Made by a program: the position numbers and the translations under genes. A stretch of DNA of 32,000 nucleotides, taken from Candidatus Saccharimonas sp. (GTDB lineage Bacteria; Patescibacteriota; Saccharimonadia; Saccharimonadales; Saccharimonadaceae). This document shows positions 26,664 to 32,000 of this stretch, one piece after another. The notes under the pieces were generated by a model. It saw nothing but the letters and a program-made list of their open reading frames with translations, was not told where the DNA came from and did no database searches. Position 1 is the first letter of the stretch. Each line of letters starts with the position of its first letter. Where the stretch lies: contig CP076101.2 in the NCBI GenBank assembly GCA_015256915.3, forward strand, positions 240,001-272,000, read 5' to 3'.

Positions 26664-26960
26664 TTAAAGTCCCAAGTTTCCCAAACCGCCCATTAAAGGT
26701 TGCATTTTTTCAGCTGCAACTTTTTGAGCTTCTTCTAAGCCATCACGAATCGCAATTTGAATCCAATGTTCAAGTTCTTCAGTGTCTTCAAAATCAATCA
26801 ATTCTGGGTTGAGTTTTACACTTTTCACTTTTAGCTCACCGGTAAACTGAATTACAACTGCACCCTCACCAGCTTCGACTTCAATAATCTCTTTTTTAAG
26901 TTCTTTTTGCGCTTTCTGTAGTTCGCGAACCATTTTCATTTGGTCTTTAATTCCTGCCAT
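26664..26960 (-). CDS. ybaB: YbaB/EbfC family nucleoid-associated protein
   Basis: 98 aa with the family pattern (MKMVRELQKAQKEL...GEGAVVIQFTGELKV...) and the conserved position upstream of recR. Confidence 0.85.
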   Translation of the reverse strand: MAGIKDQMKMVRELQKAQKELKKEIIEVEAGEGAVVIQFTGELKVKSVKLNPELIDFEDTEELEHWIQIAIRDGLEEAQKVAAEKMQPLMGGLGNLGL

Positions 26961-27017
26961 AATTCCTCCATTTAAAATAATTTACTCTTCTAATTTTATC
27001 AAAAAAATGTTTGAAAA

Positions 27018-28445
27018 TCAACCTCGCCGCAAAACATAAAATCTATCAGCATTATATTTACGGTTTGAAACTAAAATTCTTTTTATGCTATAATTTACTG
27101 GAATTTTTACATTTTGGTAGGCTTCTTTCGAGAGAATTACTTCAGAATCTTCAAATTTATTTTTTACTTTTACCCTTCCTTGACGCTCAAGTGTTTTATA
27201 GAAATCTTCTTCATTTTTCGAAACCATTAAAATGCGGTTTGAATCTGTTTTCTCAAGTAAAATATCTAAATCTTGACTAAAAGCGGCGAGTGGTTGTGGC
27301 GAATACCGATAACTTAAAGCAAAAACTGAAAGATTGGTAATTAATAGATTGAAAACAAAAATTGAAATTGGAATCAACCCAAAAATTCGAGCATAAGGGT
27401 TTTTTGGAAAAAGCGCATACCAAGTATTGATTAAACCTTGGAGTCCTGTAATCGTTAAAATTAAAATTGGTGTAAAAAGAATTGTGATTGTTGTGGGGTT
27501 AATAATACAAACTAAAAGTAGAATGGTTGTCCAGATATTGATTAAATAGCTTTTTGCGGAATGTTTTGCGATAAATGTAAAATATAGCCCGATTGCGACT
27601 AAAATTGAAGTTGCTGGGTTGATTATTGGCGAAATCATTCCGTTACTGATTGGATTTGAAAAGCCAAAAAGTGCTAAAACCAAGCTTTTGATATTTTCGA
27701 AAAGTTTTAACGAGTTTGGAATTCCAAAAATTATCTTCAAGATTGAAAAATCGAAAAAGATCGAAACTAAAAGTGGTGAAGTTATTGTTAAAAATAATAT
27801 TAGCGCCGCGATTTTTTGGTAATTTGGCAATTTTTTAATAATAAACCGTAAATGTGGATGTACTAAAATTGTAATTAAAAATGCTAATGTGATGTAAGAG
27901 CTGAGCGGCGTGTAAAAACTAAGCCCTAAAATTGAAATTAAAGTGAAAATTTGGTGTTTTTTTGGCTCTTTTATAAACTCCATTCCGCTCCAAATTAGCA
28001 AAATTGGGTAAAAAATATAAAGAATTTCGCTCGTTCCGTTTTGAGCAATAAAGAAAAACTGGCTCGATGTGATTGCGATAATAGAAGCTAAAATAGAGGC
28101 ACGTTTCGAAAACCACATTCCTGATATTTTTGTTATGAAAAATATCGAGCATAGAGAAATAAAAACTGATGGCAATTTAATTGCAAAATTACTTAAACCA
28201 AAAATATCAATGCTAGTTTTTTGCAAAAATCTAAATGGAAAATCTAGAATGTTCTTCGAAAAAATACTTGAAAAGTTTAAGTTCATTGAACTTTTAGCGC
28301 TCTCAATTTCACCGGCGGTTAATCCATTTGGCGCAAAAAATAAAGTATAGATAATTATTGCAAGATAGCTGAGTGATAAAATCCCAACTCCAATTTGGTA
28401 ACGAAATTTATAGATCCAAAAATCGCTAATTTTTAAGTTTTTCAT
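27018..28445 (-). CDS. Polytopic membrane protein, possibly a GT-C-type (ArnT/PMT-like) glycosyltransferase
   Basis: At least 10 predicted hydrophobic segments followed by a soluble C-terminal domain. No catalytic motif is confidently seen. Confidence 0.6.
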   Translation of the reverse strand: MKNLKISDFWIYKFRYQIGVGILSLSYLAIIIYTLFFAPNGLTAGEIESAKSSMNLNFSSIFSKNILDFPFRFLQKTSIDIFGLSNFAIKLPSVFISLCSIFFITKISGMWFSKRASILASIIAITSSQFFFIAQNGTSEILYIFYPILLIWSGMEFIKEPKKHQIFTLISILGLSFYTPLSSYITLAFLITILVHPHLRFIIKKLPNYQKIAALILFLTITSPLLVSIFFDFSILKIIFGIPNSLKLFENIKSLVLALFGFSNPISNGMISPIINPATSILVAIGLYFTFIAKHSAKSYLINIWTTILLLVCIINPTTITILFTPILILTITGLQGLINTWYALFPKNPYARIFGLIPISIFVFNLLITNLSVFALSYRYSPQPLAAFSQDLDILLEKTDSNRILMVSKNEEDFYKTLERQGRVKVKNKFEDSEVILSKEAYQNVKIPVNYSIKRILVSNRKYNADRFYVLRRG

Positions 28446-28478
28446 TCTTTTTAGTATATCACATTTCTTTTTAAAAAT

Positions 28479-29339
28479 CTACTTCAAGCTCCAAATATTT
28501 CCACCATTGTTTGAGATTAACCCTTTAATTTCGAGCATTGTTGCAGCTTGATTAAAGTTGCTCACAGAAAGCCCAGATTGCTTAATTATAGAATCGCTAG
28601 CTGTTGTGCCATTTTTTGAAAGAATTTCGAGAATTACGTTTTCGGCCGGCGTGTCACCCTGGAAGAGCTTGGTTTGTTTTTCGAAACGGTCTGGAATTAA
28701 AAAATCGAGCAGATCTTCTATTGAAATTAAAGGATTTGCACCATTTTTAATAAGCTGATTGCAGCCCGCTGAAAGTGGTGAGGTAATATTCCCGGGAACA
28801 GCAAAAACTTCTTTTCCTTGGTCAAGAGCATGATTTGCAGTCGAGAGGGTTCCGCTACGCGAGGCGGCTTCAATAATAACTACGGCATCAGCAAGACCTG
28901 AAACAATTCTGTTGCGTGCCAAAAACTGCCAAGGTTGGGCTGGTGTTCCGTTTGGATATTCACTTAAAATGACTCCATTGTTTTCAAGAATTCTTTGCCC
29001 TAAGGCTTCATGTGAACGTGGATAAATTTTATCAACACCATTTGCAAGAACTGCCAGAGTGATTCCACCACTATCAAGAGCCGCCCGATGCGCAACCGAG
29101 TCAATACCTAAAGCCAAACCGCTCACAACCACAATACCGTTTTTCGCACATTCGCTGGCAATTTTGGTTGCAACTTCTTTACCATAAGCGCTAGGCTTGC
29201 GAGTTCCTACGATTGCTACGGTTTTAATCCTTTTTGGAGGTAACTGCCCTCGCATAAAAAGCTGCTTTGGTGGGTCTGGAATATGTTGTAAATCTTTTAA
29301 ATAATCTAATGATGTAGGTTTAATTTTAATAATTTCCAT
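28479..29339 (-). CDS. dprA: DNA-processing protein DprA (Smf)
   Basis: VAIVGTRKPSAYGKEVA and SGLALGIDSVAHRAAL Rossmann-like core, with a C-terminal winged-helix-like tail. Confidence 0.9.
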   Translation of the reverse strand: MEIIKIKPTSLDYLKDLQHIPDPPKQLFMRGQLPPKRIKTVAIVGTRKPSAYGKEVATKIASECAKNGIVVVSGLALGIDSVAHRAALDSGGITLAVLANGVDKIYPRSHEALGQRILENNGVILSEYPNGTPAQPWQFLARNRIVSGLADAVVIIEAASRSGTLSTANHALDQGKEVFAVPGNITSPLSAGCNQLIKNGANPLISIEDLLDFLIPDRFEKQTKLFQGDTPAENVILEILSKNGTTASDSIIKQSGLSVSNFNQAATMLEIKGLISNNGGNIWSLK

Positions 29340-29356
29340 AAAATTCTAAAATATTG

Positions 29357-29385
29357 TTGACATTATTGTAAGTTTATGATAATAT
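29357..29385 (+). promoter_or_regulatory. Plus-strand promoter TTGACA-N17-TAATAT (TG-extended) with no CDS downstream
   Basis: Consensus -35 at 29357-29362 and tgaTAATAT at 29377-29385. It points into the structured region 29446..29649. Confidence 0.4.
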
Positions 29386-29445
29386 ATAAATATTGATAAA
29401 ATAATTTAAAAATTTGTCAATGAAACTTAAATCTATTGTTATAGT

Positions 29446-29649
29446 GTGCAATATATTCTTAATAATTCTTTGTCCCTCCTTTATATACTATAAGAATTAT
29501 AAATATTGCACATGGTAACCTCTTTGACCGGCGAGCCCTTTGTTGAATTTTGGTGGGTTTTCAGCTTCGAATTTTTCGAGCCTTAGCGGGTGCGTCGAAG
29601 AGATAAAAAACCGTCTAAGCGATGCCCACCCGTGCTTAGGCGGTTTTTT
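29446..29649 (+). ncRNA. Candidate structured non-coding RNA of unclassified family
   Basis: A long AT hairpin (arms 29446-29454 / 29503-29511) is followed by a G+C-rich domain closed by a 9-bp helix (29520-29528 / 29594-29602) and an intrinsic terminator. Three G.U pairs would be A.C on the other strand, which favours the plus strand. Confidence 0.35.
29611..29649 (+). terminator. Strong intrinsic terminator
   Basis: ccgtctaagc-N13-gcttaggcgg is a 10-bp stem with one G.U, followed by T6. An A6 run lies upstream, so it could act in both directions. Confidence 0.7.
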
Positions 29650-29767
29650 ATGTTATAATATTAAAATATCTATTACTTTTGTCAATGTGCTTAAGGTTAA
29701 TAATTAACACACCTATTTTAACATAAGCGATTATATTTAACAAGTTTTCGAAAAAATAAATAAATTA

Positions 29768-29803
29768 AAAATCGTGCGACCTCGCAATAGTTTCGCACGA
29801 TTT
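29768..29803 (-). terminator. Terminator of the 29831..30349 gene
   Basis: aaatcgtgcga-N13-tcgcacgattt flanked by A and T runs. Confidence 0.65.
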
Positions 29804-29830
29804 TTAACTAATATAAATCTCTCAAATTTT

Positions 29831-30349
29831 TTAGAATGAAGCCTCTACCGCTGCCCAAGTGGTGTCGGTGTTGTCTTCTGGGATGATGATTGTGACCTGG
29901 TCGCCAACTTGAAGGCGGAAATAAGTCACGCTTGCAAGCAGAATTTTATATTCATTTCCACCCGCTTCAACGAAGAACGAACCATCGTGATTGATGAGCG
30001 TTCCAATAATTTGTTTTCGCGGAACCGGACCAATTTGCTTATAAATAAACCCACCATCTTCATTAATTGTAAGCTTCAGAATATCGCCCTCCACAAGCTT
30101 TGATTTCGAAGCATAATTCGCTGGAACTGGGTAATTTTTACCATCTGGACCAATCATAGTTTGACCATCGAAAACACCTTCAATAACTTTGCCATGAGGG
30201 CTTTCGATGATGGAATTACTTGGAGCTGTCACGGTGTTATCTTCACCGCTAATGCTTATTAGTAATTCTTTGGCTGCAGCAAGATTAGTTTCCGCTTCTT
30301 GAATCAAGCTTTTTAGCCGTTTTACTTGTTTTTCTGGTAATTCAGACAT
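29831..30349 (-). CDS. Hypothetical protein, 172 aa
   Basis: Complete ORF with an N-terminal coiled segment followed by a beta-rich region. No family recognised. Confidence 0.6.
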   Translation of the reverse strand: MSELPEKQVKRLKSLIQEAETNLAAAKELLISISGEDNTVTAPSNSIIESPHGKVIEGVFDGQTMIGPDGKNYPVPANYASKSKLVEGDILKLTINEDGGFIYKQIGPVPRKQIIGTLINHDGSFFVEAGGNEYKILLASVTYFRLQVGDQVTIIIPEDNTDTTWAAVEASF

Positions 30350-30548
30350 ATTCCTCGCATTTTCCTTGTCTGTTTTCTTTTGATATTATCTTTTAAATTC
30401 TATCACGAATTAACCTAAAAGTCAATATTTTTATATAATTTTAAGCTAATTTTAAGTTTTCCACAATTTTTAATCTGTTAAATGTAGGATGTTGTAATTT
30501 TTACAGAAATGCTTATGTTTATTTTTAATAACGTTTATCGATATTGCA

Positions 30549-30575
30549 TTGACTTTTCAAGACAATAGTTATAAT
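30549..30575 (+). promoter_or_regulatory. Proximal promoter of pilin gene 3 (TTGACT-N15-TATAAT), 8 nt from the ATG
   Basis: The hexamers are consensus-like but the spacer is short (16 nt if ATTGAC is taken as the -35). No Shine-Dalgarno. Confidence 0.4.
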
Positions 30576-30583
30576 ATGAAAAT

Positions 30584-31096
30584 ATGAATAAGCATAAACT
30601 AAATAAAGGTTTTACGATCATTGAAGTCGTTTTGGTTCTTGCGATTGTGGGATTAATTTTTCTTGCTGTTTTTTTAGCTCTTCCCGCTCTTCAACGCAAT
30701 CAACGAGATACACAACGTAAAAACGATATGTCACGGTTTAAGGCCGCTTATCATCAATATCGCGCAAACAATAAAGGTTCAAAAATTGGCGGAGTATTCA
30801 ACGGTGAGTCTATGAGTAAACTTCCAAATTGGGATAATTTCATTAATGAATATCTTCGAAAAGGTAATGACACTTTTCGTGATCCTCTTGGTGAAGATTA
30901 TTTCGTTCAGGAGGGGTTGTGGGATTATGCTCGAGCTGGAGGGGTTGGAACAGGTGTTATTACTATTAAAGATGGCCATGTTTGCGACTATAGTTCTAAT
31001 AAGCCAATCAACCAAAGAATTGTTAGTGGAAATGGTCAAACTGCAAGGATTTGGCTTGAATCTGGTGAGGTTTATTGCTTAGATTTACTTAACTAA
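30584..31096 (+). CDS. Type IV pilin-like protein (third paralogue)
   Basis: MNKHKLNKG|FTIIEVVLVLAIVGLIFLAVFLALPALQRNQRDTQRKND, with a C-terminal Cys...Cys pair (VCDYS...YCLD). Confidence 0.85.
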   Translation: MNKHKLNKGFTIIEVVLVLAIVGLIFLAVFLALPALQRNQRDTQRKNDMSRFKAAYHQYRANNKGSKIGGVFNGESMSKLPNWDNFINEYLRKGNDTFRDPLGEDYFVQEGLWDYARAGGVGTGVITIKDGHVCDYSSNKPINQRIVSGNGQTARIWLESGEVYCLDLLN

Positions 31097-31116
31097 CATT
31101 TTCTTGAAGAATTAAT

Positions 31117-31138
31117 AAAACCCTCCAATGAGGGTTTT
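31117..31138. terminator. Bidirectional terminator
   Basis: aaaaccctc-caat-gagggtttt lies between convergent genes. Confidence 0.65.
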
Positions 31139-31141
31139 CGA

Positions 31142-31384
31142 TTAATAGGGTTTCCAATTATGTTTGTAGATTGTCAACGAATTGCCAATTATGTCGACCT
31201 CGTAGACTTCCCCCGCACTCTCAAAAAGAAAGTGCGTTTTATTTTTATTGGCTCCGATTCGGCAATATTCTTGGATGTAGGCACAGAGGTTTGGGGCTTC
31301 TCCTTTATCAAAGCTTCCTGAAGGGTTTTCTTTTGTTAGTTTTCTCAGCTCTTTTAAAGCTCTTCCGCTAATATTATAGCTCAT
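31142..31384 (-). CDS. Hypothetical small protein, 80 aa
   Basis: The start overlaps the upstream gene's 3' end by 11 nt (ATGAGCTATAA). No family recognised. Confidence 0.55.
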   Translation of the reverse strand: MSYNISGRALKELRKLTKENPSGSFDKGEAPNLCAYIQEYCRIGANKNKTHFLFESAGEVYEVDIIGNSLTIYKHNWKPY

Positions 31385-31706
31385 TTTCTTCCTCCTCCTC
31401 TATTTTTGTAACTTCAATTGTATTTTCTTCAAGAAATTCAACGCTAAATTTTCGATTTTTCGAATACTGAAAACTATCGAAAATATCAAAACCGGTAATT
31501 TTTTTCTTACCGAAAGATTTTCGAATTTGTGATAATTCTTCAAAAACTTCTTTTCGAATTGGATTTTTTTCGTCCTCAACTAAAACCGTTCCCGTGCGAT
31601 TTGACTCATTGATTGCGTTTAAGTCTTGCATAAGTTTATCGCTGTCGTCATCATAAAGAAGTTCATCGCCAGCAGAAGTACGAAAAACAAAATTATAAAA
31701 AGCCAT
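31374..31706 (-). CDS. Hypothetical acidic protein, 110 aa
   Basis: AGAGGA Shine-Dalgarno, its own promoter, and an acidic C-terminal EEEEENEL tail. Confidence 0.55.
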   Translation of the reverse strand: MAFYNFVFRTSAGDELLYDDDSDKLMQDLNAINESNRTGTVLVEDEKNPIRKEVFEELSQIRKSFGKKKITGFDIFDSFQYSKNRKFSVEFLEENTIEVTKIEEEEENEL

Positions 31707-31752
31707 AATTAATTCCTCTTTCTAATGTGCTACTCAAACGAGCGCTTTTAAT

Positions 31753-31781
31753 ATTATACAACTTTTTTAAAGAAAAATCAA
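31753..31781 (-). promoter_or_regulatory. Promoter TTGATT-N17-TATAAT of the small-gene pair
   Basis: Read on the minus strand, immediately after the terminator at 31784..31811. Confidence 0.5.
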
Positions 31782-31783
31782 GA

Positions 31784-31811
31784 CTAAAAAAATCCCCGCA
31801 AAATTGCGAGG
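31784..31811 (-). terminator. Terminator of the partial gene at the window edge
   Basis: The minus strand reads cctcgca-attt-tgcgggg followed by attttttt. Confidence 0.6.
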
Positions 31812-32000
31812 TTATGACGGCCAGAGTTTTTTGACTTCTGTGCTTTCGCCGCTGCGGCAAAAAATTTCGAAATTATAATCTTCATTCGAATCTTGTATAA
31901 TTTGATAGTAATACGCCATATCGTTGATGTCTTGCATTTCGAAAGTATCGAAAATTTCTTCCATCAGCACCATTTCGTTACTAAAAATTCTACCGCCAGC
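31812..32000 (-). CDS. 3' end of a hypothetical protein (partial, continues beyond the window)
   Basis: Open minus-strand frame from the window edge to the TAA at 31814..31812. It reads ...EEIFDTFEMQDINDMAYYYQIIQDSNEDYNFEIFCRSGESTEVKKLWPS*. It is absent from the ORF track because it has no start. Confidence 0.45.
   Translation of the reverse strand, partial: AGGRIFSNEMVLMEEIFDTFEMQDINDMAYYYQIIQDSNEDYNFEIFCRSGESTEVKKLWPS

Noticed and set aside
27011-27280. An 89-aa plus-strand ORF overlapping the 3' end of the membrane-protein gene.
   Set aside because: It is fully embedded antisense to a well-supported long ORF, and its translation is Leu/Phe-rich and AT-driven.
29512-29586. A 24-codon ORF, MVTSLTGEPFVEFWWVFSFEFFEP, read as a Trp/Phe attenuation leader peptide upstream of the 29611 terminator.
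   Set aside because: It has no Shine-Dalgarno and no plus-strand biosynthetic or tRNA-ligase gene downstream. The tandem TGG codons coincide with a helix-forming GGTGGG. It is kept only as a note within the ncRNA finding.
23330-29687. The 10-mer TTTGTCAATG occurring three times (23330, 29413, 29678), considered as a possible regulator site.
   Set aside because: On the minus strand it is CATTGACAAA, that is, a TTGACA -35-like element in promoter-rich AT spacers. Three copies with inconsistent spacing to any -10 are not enough to call a regulon.

Overview
The window is AT-rich (about one-third G+C by eye), densely packed and written in the standard genetic code. It looks like a reduced-genome bacterium, and I infer Patescibacteria/CPR, possibly Saccharibacteria-like, from gene content only. 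No search was run, so every family call rests on motifs read in the ORF translations.

Most of the window is housekeeping. One long minus-strand block carries topA, a sigma-70 region-4/winged-helix protein, a VirD4/TraG-like ATPase, a MacB-type ABC pair, an Erm/KsgA-family rRNA methyltransferase and a RumA/RlmD-family methyltransferase. A plus-strand pair encodes a GT4 glycosyltransferase and an ABC-F ATPase. Elsewhere there are a glutaredoxin-like protein, dus, an AI-2E permease, cysS, a stand-alone rplA, a YhgE/Pip membrane protein divergent from marR, and tRNA-Glu(CUC). A second minus-strand block runs dprA, a polytopic membrane protein, ybaB, recR and a DHH phosphoesterase. Three type IV pilin-like genes are present.

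I found no CRISPR array, transposase, integrase or rRNA.

Observations worth follow-up:
1. The palindrome TTCGAA is strongly over-represented across all frames, both strands and intergenic DNA.
2. Two convergent pilin genes share a 234-bp inverted repeat that covers part of the promoter, the leader and the first 50 codons.
3. Extended -10 promoters sit 6-11 nt from start codons, and 9 nt from the mature tRNA 5' end, which implies mostly leaderless transcripts.
4. A G+C-rich structured element with its own terminator lies in the 490-bp gap next to dprA and has no downstream gene.
5. A roughly 1.1-kb islet beside the tRNA holds a MazG-like gene and a frameshifted RelE/ParE remnant and contains no TTCGAA.
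6. Several unusual architectures stand out: L1 with an N-terminal extension of about 115 aa, RecR without its zinc-finger cysteines, and an ABC exporter tightly coupled to an Erm-like methyltransferase.
7. A translationally coupled pair of unknown small proteins sits at the right edge.
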